Positions 1 to 9,133 are shown, counted from the first letter of the stretch. The stretch: DNA of 29,494 nt from Campylobacterota bacterium (GCA_051746405.1 JBNJFB010000025.1:1-29494), one strand, 5' to 3'. The notes: generated by a model from the sequence alone, not told the origin. Translations and numbers: made by a program.

Positions 1-1283
1 CGCTGTAAAAAAGCTTGAAGTAGTAGCTGTGGTCCTGCTTCTTTATACTGAAACTTCTCTAGCCAACTATCTGCATTTTTTCTAAAAAATGCTTGAAAAG
101 CTAATAGCAGTTTTTTTGTATTTATTGTATTGTCTTGATTTATATACCACTCTTGTTCTTGGTTATAGATACTACTTTGAAAGCCATAAGTAAGCTCTCT
201 TGGTATTACCTCTTTATAGATATCATTTGCTATTTTTATTTTATCATCAGTAACTCTTTTTACTAATCCTATATTTTCTAAATATATTGCATCATCTAAA
301 TTAAACAATTGCTTATCATTGTTTGTACTTAAAATTGGTGCAAAAATGTTATAAAATCTATCTTCTAGTAGTTTATCTGAAAGTCTATTTGGATGAGCAT
401 TACGCGACTCTATTAGCTCTTCTCGGGCAATCATATAATGCTCATATGTGATATGAATAGATCTATCTTTTCTAAGCTCTCTATTTTCCCATGTTAGTTG
501 ATGAGCAAGGGCATTTACAAGCCATGGTTGACCTTTAGTATCACTCCAAAGTTTAGGGAAAATCTTTTTATCAAAGCTTTGTCCAGTCTCACGTGTGTGT
601 TGATCCCATAGCTCTACACACTCATCATAATTAAAGTTACCCATCTTTATAGATTTTGCTTTGATATTAAAAGCACTTCCACCTGTAATAATCTCATGAT
701 CTTTAGTGTGGATTCGGTAGTCTTTTATATCTCTTACACCACATAGGATTATAGATATGGGAAAAGACTCAGGTCTAGAATCATACCCTGCTCTTATTTG
801 TCTTAAAAGTGATATTAAAGTATCTCCAACTAAAGCATCCACTTCATCAAGAAAAAGTACTGTTGGTTTAGTAGTAGTTTGTGCCCAAACCTTTAGCATC
901 TCAGTTAGTTTTTCTTTAACAGGTGTTGTTCTACCATATCCACTATGAAACCACTCTTTTATAGTGCTATCTTTAAGATACATCTCTATTCTTCCAGATA
1001 TTGCACTACAAATAGTATCTATTCCCTCATTTACATCACCCCTTGCAGCTTGAGCTGCTTCAATGTTTGCATATGCACATACGTAAGTATCGCCTTTATT
1101 TAACTCTTCCATTATTCCTAAAAGAGTTGATGTTTTTCCCGTTTGTCTGGGTGCATGAAGTATAAAATATCTTTTTTGATTTATTAAAGCTTCTATCTCT
1201 TCCCAATCAACCCTTGATAAAAGATCAATATGATAGTGATCTTGCTTTATAGTTGGTCCTGCTGTATTAAAAAACTTCTTCAT
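1..1283 (-). CDS. AAA-like P-loop ATPase, 3'-truncated by the window edge; family often carries a C-terminal PD-(D/E)XK nuclease
   Basis: Manually translated, absent from the ORF track. ATG at 1283 after AAGGGG; open frame to base 1: MKKFFNTAGPTIKQDHY..., Walker A HAPRQTGKTS (~1128-1157), Walker B VLFLDEVD (~837-860), GGSAFNI, TKGQPWLVNAL, ends EAGPQLLLQAFLQR at the edge. Confidence 0.9.
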   Translation of the reverse strand, partial: MKKFFNTAGPTIKQDHYHIDLLSRVDWEEIEALINQKRYFILHAPRQTGKTSTLLGIMEELNKGDTYVCAYANIEAAQAARGDVNEGIDTICSAISGRIEMYLKDSTIKEWFHSGYGRTTPVKEKLTEMLKVWAQTTTKPTVLFLDEVDALVGDTLISLLRQIRAGYDSRPESFPISIILCGVRDIKDYRIHTKDHEIITGGSAFNIKAKSIKMGNFNYDECVELWDQHTRETGQSFDKKIFPKLWSDTKGQPWLVNALAHQLTWENRELRKDRSIHITYEHYMIAREELIESRNAHPNRLSDKLLEDRFYNIFAPILSTNNDKQLFNLDDAIYLENIGLVKRVTDDKIKIANDIYKEVIPRELTYGFQSSIYNQEQEWYINQDNTINTKKLLLAFQAFFRKNADSWLEKFQYKEAGPQLLLQAFLQ

Positions 1284-1313
1284 ATCTCTTGCCCCTTTTT
1301 TATAAGTATTCCC

Positions 1314-1322
1314 ATTATATCA
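1314..1322 (-). promoter_or_regulatory. Extended -10 promoter (TGATATAAT) for the AAA ATPase
   Basis: Perfect TGnTATAAT on the minus strand ~30 nt upstream of the ATG at 1283. Confidence 0.6.
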
Positions 1323-1339
1323 AAAAATATATATTATAA

Positions 1340-2263
1340 TTAGCTAATATCAAGTACCATTAAAATTACTGAAATAGTAAAAATACTAAATAGTGTCTGC
1401 ATTGTAATAATTGTGGACATAAGCTTCACATCTCCACTTAACTGTCTTGCTAAAATATATGATGAGGGTGCTGTGGGCATTGATGCAAAAAGAGTTAATA
1501 TTACAAGTTGCATATATCCAATTTCAAACTCTAAAGCCATAAAAAACATAATAGCAGGTAATAGTGCTAACTTTAAAAAAAGTGAAGTAACTAGCTCTAA
1601 TTTTACCTCTTTTATATGCTTTATATGCAAGCCAATTCCCACAGATAAAAGTCCTAAAGGAAGTGCAAAAATACTAAATATACTTAATGTTTTTTCAATA
1701 GGAACATAAAGCGAAATATCAAAGAAATTTAACCCACCCCCTATAATACAGGCTAAAATAAGTGGATTTTTAAAAATTGACTTAAATATAGACTCTCCTG
1801 AGACCTCTTCACTATTAGAATAAATTGCAAATATAGATATACAAAAGATATTTATAATTGGAATCATAAAAGTTATCAAAAAAGCAGCTAATACTATCCC
1901 CTTATCTCCAAATATAGCAGTTATTAAAGCTAAGAAAACATAAGTATTAAATCTAATAGTCCCCTGATAAACAGAAGTAAAAGCTCTATTTTCAAAAAGA
2001 AATAAAAACTTTGATACTATCATCAAAATAATACTCATAACTATCAAAGCAATAACCGCTGTAGATACAAAAGCTACTCCATCAACATTATCAAGAGATG
2101 CAGTTGATAACTTATATATTAATAAAGAAGGAAAAAGTACATAGTATGTAAACTTATCAGCATATTGCCAAAACTCTAAGCTTGGAAAACCAACTCTTTT
2201 AAGAAGATATCCAATAAATATAAGAAGAAATATTGGCAAAAGTGCTATAAAAATAGTTTGCAT
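1340..2263 (-). CDS. AEC (auxin efflux carrier/malate permease) family transporter
   Basis: About 10 hydrophobic segments; family-like motifs YYVLFPSL, RFNTY, KNPLI, PLGLLSVG, MPTAPSSYILARQL; AAAGG RBS. Confidence 0.88.
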   Translation of the reverse strand: MQTIFIALLPIFLLIFIGYLLKRVGFPSLEFWQYADKFTYYVLFPSLLIYKLSTASLDNVDGVAFVSTAVIALIVMSIILMIVSKFLFLFENRAFTSVYQGTIRFNTYVFLALITAIFGDKGIVLAAFLITFMIPIINIFCISIFAIYSNSEEVSGESIFKSIFKNPLILACIIGGGLNFFDISLYVPIEKTLSIFSIFALPLGLLSVGIGLHIKHIKEVKLELVTSLFLKLALLPAIMFFMALEFEIGYMQLVILTLFASMPTAPSSYILARQLSGDVKLMSTIITMQTLFSIFTISVILMVLDIS

Positions 2264-2282
2264 AAATATACCTTTTTATTTT

Positions 2283-3128
2283 CTACTTCTCTACTAAGTC
2301 ATAAAGTGCTTTTATCTCTTGCTCCCAAATATCAGAATCAATTGTTTCAAGAACCATTGGGATATCATCCATTCTATCATCATTCATAATAAACTTAAAG
2401 GCATCCCATCCAATCTCTCCCATACCTAAACTATGGTGTCTATCTACTCTACTTCCAAGTTTTGGTTTTGAATCATTTAAATGCATTCCCATAAGATACT
2501 TCCTTCCTACTACCTCATTAAACTCTTTCCATGTTTTATCGTAAGCTTCTTTTGTTCTAATATCATATCCAGCTGTAAACATATGACAAGTATCAATACA
2601 TACACCAATTCTGCTTTTATCTTCTACTTTGTCAATTATTTGGGCAAGATGTTCAAACTTATACCCTAAATTACTTCCTTGACCTGCTGTGTTTTCTATT
2701 ACTAACTTCACATCATTTGTTGCATCAATTGCTTGATTAAGTGATAGTGCAATTCTATCTAAACACTCCTGCTCATCTATTTTCCTTAAGTGACTTCCTG
2801 GATGAAAATTAAGTCTATCTAGTTTTAATATTTCACATCTTTGTATCTCATGCAAAAATCCATCAAGTGACTTTTGTCTTTTTTCCTCTTCTGGATGTCC
2901 TAAATTGATTAAGTATGAGTCATGGGGTAAGATATGCTTAGCTTCTATACCTGTTTCATCTAACTCTTTAAACCACCTATCTAAAACTTTTGTTTCAAAA
3001 TCTTTTGCTCTCCACTGTCTTTGATTTTTTACAAATAAAGCAAAAGCTTTACATCCTATTTTCCTTGCATTTATTGGTGCATTATACACTCCGCCACTTG
3101 CACTTACGTGAGCTCCCACATATTTCAT
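2283..3128 (-). CDS. nfo: Endonuclease IV (AP endonuclease)
   Basis: [48 protein letters not shown] zinc-ligand motifs. Confidence 0.97.
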   Translation of the reverse strand: MKYVGAHVSASGGVYNAPINARKIGCKAFALFVKNQRQWRAKDFETKVLDRWFKELDETGIEAKHILPHDSYLINLGHPEEEKRQKSLDGFLHEIQRCEILKLDRLNFHPGSHLRKIDEQECLDRIALSLNQAIDATNDVKLVIENTAGQGSNLGYKFEHLAQIIDKVEDKSRIGVCIDTCHMFTAGYDIRTKEAYDKTWKEFNEVVGRKYLMGMHLNDSKPKLGSRVDRHHSLGMGEIGWDAFKFIMNDDRMDDIPMVLETIDSDIWEQEIKALYDLVEK

Positions 3129-3299
3129 ATAAAATCCTATTATGTTTATTATAATTTAAAGTTTTCTTATTAACTAAGTATCAATAATCTACACCTTAAA
3201 ATATTTTTGAATTCTTTAAGGTATTTTTATGATATCCTAAAATGGCTAAGTATAGAATTATGCTTATTCATTATTTAATTGGCTAAAGGATTGTATTTT

Positions 3300-4502
3300 A
3301 TGGAGAAAGTTGTAATTATAGGTGGGGGATATGCAGGTTTATACGCATTAAGAGAGTTAGTAAAAAACAAAAATATCAAAATAACTCTAATAGATAAGCA
3401 TACTTACCATAATCTACAACCAGAAGTTTATGACTTAATAGCAAATAAATCAAGTTTTGCAGATGTTACTATTGATTTAACAACACTATGTTTAGGTCTA
3501 AATCATGACTATTTAGAGTTTAAGAACCTAAAAGTAAGACAAATAGATCAAAAACAGCAAATAATTTATACCCAAGAACAAGAGATAGTAAAGTTTGACT
3601 ATCTAATCATGGCAGCAGGAACTAGAACCTTCTTTCCTATGCAAATCCCAGGACTTGGTAACTCTGATGATATTAAAAAACTTCATAGAGCTATTACTTT
3701 TAAACAAAAGTTTGAAAAACAGCTATTTGAGAAAATTAGAGATGAGGCAAAACAGTGTGCAAATACTCATATTGTAGTAGTGGGTGCGGGGCTTTCAGGG
3801 GTTGAAATAGCAGCTGAGATGGCATACTACTCTAATAAATTTTTCCAAAGAGGTAACTTCTCATGTGATAATCTAAAAATATCACTTATTAGTAGCCCTG
3901 ATACAATTTTGCCAGGACTTTCACAAGAGCTTATAAATATATCCCAAAAGAGGTTAAAAGATTTAGGTATCAATATTATTACAAATACAAAGCTTCAAAA
4001 AATAGAAGATGGTTACTGCTATCTATCAAACGGTACTAAAGTTAACCACTCATTTGTAATTTTTACAGGAGGGGTTGAAGCCTCAACTATCACAACAGAG
4101 CTTGATGATGTGGAAAAAAATAGTAAGGGACAAATTATAGTAAATGAGCATATGCAAACTAGTAAATATAAAAATATATTTGCCATAGGAGATATTGCTC
4201 AAATCAAAAATGAAAATGGTGAAATAATGCCACCAAATGTAACTATTGCTAAACTAAGTGGTACAAATGCAGGTAGAAATGTCTTAAATCTTATCTCTAA
4301 AAGAGGTTTAATAAAGTGTAAACCCAAACTAGATGGTATTTTAATAGCCCTGGGAGGAACCTACGCAGCAGGTGATTTAAAAGGTATTATTACTGTAAAA
4401 GGAAGATTAGCTTATGAAATAAAAAAGTATGTATTTCACTCATATAGAAAACCACTAATTAAACTAATTAAAGCAGGATACAAAAAACTAAGAAAAAAAT
4501 AG
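3300..4502 (+). CDS. NAD(P)/FAD-dependent oxidoreductase, type II NADH dehydrogenase (NDH-2) family
   Basis: ATG at 3300 preferred over TTG 3279 because AAAGGA lies at 3285-3290. GGGYAG, FDYLIMAAG, GAGLSGVEIAAE, IFAIGD. Confidence 0.85.
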   Translation: MEKVVIIGGGYAGLYALRELVKNKNIKITLIDKHTYHNLQPEVYDLIANKSSFADVTIDLTTLCLGLNHDYLEFKNLKVRQIDQKQQIIYTQEQEIVKFDYLIMAAGTRTFFPMQIPGLGNSDDIKKLHRAITFKQKFEKQLFEKIRDEAKQCANTHIVVVGAGLSGVEIAAEMAYYSNKFFQRGNFSCDNLKISLISSPDTILPGLSQELINISQKRLKDLGINIITNTKLQKIEDGYCYLSNGTKVNHSFVIFTGGVEASTITTELDDVEKNSKGQIIVNEHMQTSKYKNIFAIGDIAQIKNENGEIMPPNVTIAKLSGTNAGRNVLNLISKRGLIKCKPKLDGILIALGGTYAAGDLKGIITVKGRLAYEIKKYVFHSYRKPLIKLIKAGYKKLRKK

Positions 4503-4567
4503 TTACTTTTAAGTTAAATATTATATACTTATAACTATATAAAATATTTAGTCTTAAATGGATTACA

Positions 4568-6523
4568 ATGCTTGAAAAAACGACCTATAAAAAACTTATA
4601 ATCAAAATAATTCTAGCAACTTTAGTTATTAGTTTGCTTGTTGCATTTATTTATGCAAAATTTCTAAAACAAGAGACCATAAAAGATTTATCAAGAGATG
4701 ATGCAAAAAAGACAACAAAGCTTGTTTTTCAATCTCTTTATTCAGCTATGGAAAAAGGCTGGACCAGAGATGATTTAGAAAATATTATAGAAAGAATAAA
4801 CAATATAGACAAAGCCATGGAAATAGATGTTTATAGAAGTGAACTTGTATCTTCACAATATGGCAAAATACCTTACGATAAAAATAACACTTTAATCAAA
4901 AAAGCATTTACAAATGAAGAGGTTTTAAACATCATTGATGATACATCAATAGACTATTATTACCCAATAGCAACAAAACAAGAGTGTCTTAAGTGCCATT
5001 CAAATGCAAAAGTAGATGATGTACTAGGTGTAATAAATGTGAAATACCCAATAAATGATTTAAAAGTATCCATGAACTCAATTACAAACTTTTTTATTCT
5101 ATTTATTATAGTCTTTTCATTGGCTATTTTTATAGCACTTTTTACAAAGTTTGATAGATATTTAGTAAAACCTATAAAAAACTTTATCTCTAATATTGAT
5201 ACCATATCCCAAAACAGAGATATTTCACAAAGAATTGATGTGAAAAATAATATAGAAGAGATTGATTCAATGCAAAAAGTTTTTAACAAAATGCTTGATT
5301 CAATTGAGTATCAATTCTACTATGATGACTTAACTAATTTACCTAATAGAAAAAAACTTATAGAGGTTTTAGACCAAGAAAAAAATGCTGTTTTACTTAT
5401 AATTGATGTAAATAAGTTCCGTGAGATAAATGACCTTTATGGGGAAAAAGTAGGTGATTTTGTACTAAAAGAGCTTTCAACTCTTTTAAAAAATAATATA
5501 GCCCCAAGTGCAAGACTATTTAAACTCCATGCAGATGAGTATGCAATACACTATCCAAGTGTTTTAAACTTAAATGAGTTAGATAGTTTAGTAGCCCATA
5601 TAAATCAAATAGTAGAAAACCATACATTTAAAACCAAAAGCTTTGAAATATCTATTCATATAACAGCAGGTATAGCATATGGTAAAAACCTGCTACTAAC
5701 AAATGCAGATATAGCATTAAGCTTAGCAAAGAAAAAGAAGCATAGATATTTAGTATATGAATCAACTATGCAAATAGAGCATGAGTATGAACAAAATCTA
5801 AAATGGACAAAAAAGATAAAAGATGCCATAAAACAAAACAGAGTAGTACCTGTGTTTCAACCAATAGTAAATACACAAACAAAAAAGATAGTAAAATATG
5901 AAGCTTTAATGAGAATAGAAGATGAGAATCAAGATTTAATCTCTCCTGCTTATTTTTTAGAATTAGCTAAAAAAAATAGGCTCTATACAAAACTTACAAA
6001 AATTATGTTAGAAAAAAGTTTTAAACTACTTGATAAAACAACAAATATTCAAGTATCAATAAACCTATCTGTGGATGATATCTTAAACCAATCAGTTTAT
6101 GAGACTATTATGAAGCTTTTAAACTCTTACTATATAAAAAATAGAGTTGTTTTTGAAATAATAGAGTCAGAAGGAATAGAAAACTTTGAAGAGGTAAAAA
6201 TCTTTATAGAAAAAGTCAAAGACATGGGTGCAAAAATATCAATAGATGACTTTGGTACAGGTTACTCTAACTTTGAGTATCTTATGAAACTAAATGTTGA
6301 CTATATTAAAATTGATGCTTCAATGATAAAAGATATTGACAAAAATAGAAACTCTCAAATGGTTACTGAAACTATTGTGGATTTTGCTAAAAAAATGGGC
6401 ATGGAAACAGTAGCTGAGTTTATCCACTCTCAAAATGTGTATGATATGGTAAAAACTATGGGTATTGACTACTCACAAGGTTATTTCTTAGGTGAACCAA
6501 AAAGATTAGAAGATATAGACTAA
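4568..6523 (+). CDS. Membrane c-di-GMP phosphodiesterase: periplasmic CxxCH domain, HAMP, degenerate GGDEF, EAL
   Basis: Two TM helices flank a domain with CLKCH; HAMP-like VKPIKNF...EEIDSMQKVFNKM; DDLTNLPNR with GGDEF replaced by HADEY; EAL motifs YEAL, SINLS, FEIIE, DDFGTGYS, IKID, VAEF, QGY. Confidence 0.92.
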   Translation: MLEKTTYKKLIIKIILATLVISLLVAFIYAKFLKQETIKDLSRDDAKKTTKLVFQSLYSAMEKGWTRDDLENIIERINNIDKAMEIDVYRSELVSSQYGKIPYDKNNTLIKKAFTNEEVLNIIDDTSIDYYYPIATKQECLKCHSNAKVDDVLGVINVKYPINDLKVSMNSITNFFILFIIVFSLAIFIALFTKFDRYLVKPIKNFISNIDTISQNRDISQRIDVKNNIEEIDSMQKVFNKMLDSIEYQFYYDDLTNLPNRKKLIEVLDQEKNAVLLIIDVNKFREINDLYGEKVGDFVLKELSTLLKNNIAPSARLFKLHADEYAIHYPSVLNLNELDSLVAHINQIVENHTFKTKSFEISIHITAGIAYGKNLLLTNADIALSLAKKKKHRYLVYESTMQIEHEYEQNLKWTKKIKDAIKQNRVVPVFQPIVNTQTKKIVKYEALMRIEDENQDLISPAYFLELAKKNRLYTKLTKIMLEKSFKLLDKTTNIQVSINLSVDDILNQSVYETIMKLLNSYYIKNRVVFEIIESEGIENFEEVKIFIEKVKDMGAKISIDDFGTGYSNFEYLMKLNVDYIKIDASMIKDIDKNRNSQMVTETIVDFAKKMGMETVAEFIHSQNVYDMVKTMGIDYSQGYFLGEPKRLEDID

Positions 6524-6538
6524 TCTCTTCTAATCTTT
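6501..6538. terminator. Putative bidirectional terminator hairpin across overlapping convergent stop codons
   Basis: Perfect 13-bp inverted repeat AAAGATTAGAAGA (6501-6513) / TCTTCTAATCTTT (6526-6538). Confidence 0.6.
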
Positions 6539-6903
6539 ATTAAAATACCATTTTTTCTATCCCTATGAATCACCTCTTTTTTATTAGAAGAGAAAAGTTT
6601 TTCTAAAAAATCTTTTTCATAGGATTTATCCAAATTTCTAGCATTAAAAGTTTTCAAATCCTGGCACTTAAAAGTTGAAGTACAAACTCTATTCTCATAT
6701 ATTTTCATATCCAAAACAGCCTGCCCTGCACTAAAAATTTGAACCTGTGTAAAATTGTCATAATTATAAATAAACCCCTTATCATAAAACTTCATTGTAG
6801 GAGTTTTAAAAAGTATAGTAGCACTAGAACTAAGTGTTGATTTTTTAGAAGCACACCCTGTAAAAATAGCTATTAAAAGAAAAAATATGCTTAAATTTTT
6901 GAT
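6520..6903 (-). CDS. Small hypothetical lipoprotein (127 aa), apparent ATC start
   Basis: Track ORF 6520..6795 extends in frame by 36 codons: (I)KNLSIFFLLIAIFTGCASKK..., a signal peptide with lipobox FTGC; AAAGGA 6 nt upstream of ATC at 6903. Confidence 0.8.
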   Translation of the reverse strand: MKNLSIFFLLIAIFTGCASKKSTLSSSATILFKTPTMKFYDKGFIYNYDNFTQVQIFSAGQAVLDMKIYENRVCTSTFKCQDLKTFNARNLDKSYEKDFLEKLFSSNKKEVIHRDRKNGILIKIRRD

Positions 6904-6930
6904 AACTAATCCTTTGTTTTGATTTTTTTT

Positions 6931-6938
6931 ATTATAAT
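6931..6938. promoter_or_regulatory. Overlapping divergent -10 boxes (ATTATAAT)
   Basis: Palindrome gives TATAAT on both strands, 15-20 nt from the RBS of each flanking divergent gene. Confidence 0.55.
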
Positions 6939-6969
6939 ATCTAAAATTTACAAATTCAAAGGTTATTTA

Positions 6970-8043
6970 GTGTTAGTACATATTTGTTGTGCAGTTGATA
7001 GTCACTACTTTTTAGAAAGAATAAAACAAGAGTATCCAAATGAGACTTTAGTAGGATTTTTTTATGATCCAAATATTCACCCATATAGTGAGTATAGACT
7101 AAGATATTTAGATGTTCAATACTCATGTAAAAAGTTAGAAATAGAGCTACTTGAGGGACCATATAATCTAGAAGCTTGGCTAAAAAAAGTAAAAGGAATG
7201 GAACATCTTCCTGAAAAGGGTGATAGATGTACAGTTTGTTATGATGATAGATTAGAAACAACAGTTAAAAAAGCTCAAGAGTTAGGGCATGATAAGTTTA
7301 CAACCACACTTCTAATCTCACCAAAAAAATCACAAGAAAAGCTTGATGTTATAGGACATAATCTACAAAAACTAACAGGCGTTGAGTTTATTTTCAGAGA
7401 TTACAGAAGTGGAAATGGAGGAGAACTTCAAGCCAAAAGAGTAAAAGAGCACTCTTTATATAGACAGAACTATTGTGGTTGCTTATTTGGCTTAACTCCT
7501 CAAAGACAGGCCCAAAAAAAGATTATGGATGAGATGTTTAATCCTATCTCAAACCAAATTTTACCTGAGTCAATAGAAGAGCGACTAGAACTATATAAAA
7601 AAAGAAATAACTTAGAGTTTTCAAACAAAGAGTACAAAATCATCAAAAATAGGTTTTTAAACTATAGGCTTTTAAGTGCGAAAGTATTTGTAAAAAAGCA
7701 GATTAAACCATCATATATCCTTCCTTACTCACTAATAAACAAAGGCAAAACAAACGCAAGAATTGAGTATACAAAAGATGATATAAGCTATCTAAATCGT
7801 GATGAAGTAAAAATAATAAGCATAAAAAAGTACAATGAACTTAGCAGTACAAACTATACAAATGTAAAAGAGCTTATGTACAACCCACCTTTATTTGACA
7901 AGGAAATTCAAGTAAGACAGAAGATTATAAAAAGCCCTTATGATTTAAGTGCAATAATAGTCTTAGATGAGATTTTAAACGAAAAGTATGATATTTTTTT
8001 AAATGCCAAAACCTATGATGATGTAAAAGAAGAGATAATATGA
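6970..8043 (+). CDS. queH: Epoxyqueuosine reductase QueH (DUF208)
   Basis: GTG at 6970 after AAAGG; LVHICCAVDS, YDPNIHPYSEY, RCTVCYDDRL, FTTTLLISPKK, YRQNYCGC. Confidence 0.92.
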   Translation: MLVHICCAVDSHYFLERIKQEYPNETLVGFFYDPNIHPYSEYRLRYLDVQYSCKKLEIELLEGPYNLEAWLKKVKGMEHLPEKGDRCTVCYDDRLETTVKKAQELGHDKFTTTLLISPKKSQEKLDVIGHNLQKLTGVEFIFRDYRSGNGGELQAKRVKEHSLYRQNYCGCLFGLTPQRQAQKKIMDEMFNPISNQILPESIEERLELYKKRNNLEFSNKEYKIIKNRFLNYRLLSAKVFVKKQIKPSYILPYSLINKGKTNARIEYTKDDISYLNRDEVKIISIKKYNELSSTNYTNVKELMYNPPLFDKEIQVRQKIIKSPYDLSAIIVLDEILNEKYDIFLNAKTYDDVKEEII

Positions 8044-9083
8044 AACTATTAGTATGTGCCATGGAGACATCTTCAAATATTCACTTAAGACAGCTTAAAA
8101 AGCACCTAAGTGATGATGTAGAGTTTGTTGGAGTTTTTGATAAAGAGCTTGGAAATCCACTTTATGATTTAACATCTTTAGCAATAATGGGATTTGTTGA
8201 TGCTTTAAAAAAGTTAAGATTCTTTTTTAAGCTAAGGGATGAGTTAGTCACTAAAGCTAAAGATTGCGATAAAGTTTTGCTCCTTGATAGTTCTGGATTT
8301 AACCTGCCTTTAGCTAAAAAACTAAAGCAAACCTATCCAAATAAAGAGATTATTTACTATATTTTACCTCAAGCTTGGGCTTGGAAAAAAGGTAGAGTTA
8401 AAAAGCTTGAAGAATACTGTTCAAAACTTTGTTCAATCATACCCTTTGAACAAGAGCTTTATACACAAAAAGATAAAATCACCTACGTAGGTCATCCTCT
8501 TTTAGATGAGATTCATAACTTCAAGCAAGAGCTTACAAAAAGTGATAAGATAGCCTTTATGCCAGGGAGTAGAAGAACTGAGATTAAAAACCATATGCCT
8601 ATTTTTAAGCAACTTGCAAAACTTATACCAAATAAAGAGCATATATTAATTATTCCTACAAAATTTGATGATGAGTACATAAAAAAAACCTATGGGGATA
8701 TTTCAGATTTTACTGTTTCAAAACAAGCACACAAAACCCTTCAAGAGTGTGAATATGCTTTTATTTGTTCAGGTACTGCTACTCTTGAAGCTGCACTTAT
8801 TGGAACTCCCTTTACTTTAAGTTATGTGGCAAAAAAACTGGACTTTTTTATAGGTCGAACCTTTGTGAAGCTACCATATATTGGATTAGCAAATATATTT
8901 TTTGAAAAAATGGGTAAAAAACCTATTCATAGTGAGTTTTTACAAGAGGATGTAACAGTAGAAAATCTTTTAAATGATTATAAAAATATCAATGAAAATA
9001 AGTTTTTAGACAATTCAAAGCTACTAAGACACTATTTGAAAAATGGAAGTTCAAAAAAAGTTGCTAGCATAATTCAAAACTAA
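8040..9083 (+). CDS. lpxB: Lipid-A-disaccharide synthase
   Basis: LAIMGF, DSSGFN, YYILPQAWAW, YVGHPL, MPGSRRTE, SGTATLE, GLANI; ATGA overlap with queH. Confidence 0.96.
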   Translation: MKLLVCAMETSSNIHLRQLKKHLSDDVEFVGVFDKELGNPLYDLTSLAIMGFVDALKKLRFFFKLRDELVTKAKDCDKVLLLDSSGFNLPLAKKLKQTYPNKEIIYYILPQAWAWKKGRVKKLEEYCSKLCSIIPFEQELYTQKDKITYVGHPLLDEIHNFKQELTKSDKIAFMPGSRRTEIKNHMPIFKQLAKLIPNKEHILIIPTKFDDEYIKKTYGDISDFTVSKQAHKTLQECEYAFICSGTATLEAALIGTPFTLSYVAKKLDFFIGRTFVKLPYIGLANIFFEKMGKKPIHSEFLQEDVTVENLLNDYKNINENKFLDNSKLLRHYLKNGSSKKVASIIQN

Positions 9084-9133
9084 TTTTTATTTAGCTAAAA
9101 TATCTACCATTAATTAAATTTTTAGGATAATAA

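Noticed and set aside
757..948. 63-aa plus-strand ORF in the track
   Set aside because: Antisense shadow of the AAA ATPase; no recognisable motif.
3242..3286. 14-codon ORF MAKYRIMLIHYLIG upstream of the flavoprotein
   Set aside because: No RBS or informative codon bias.
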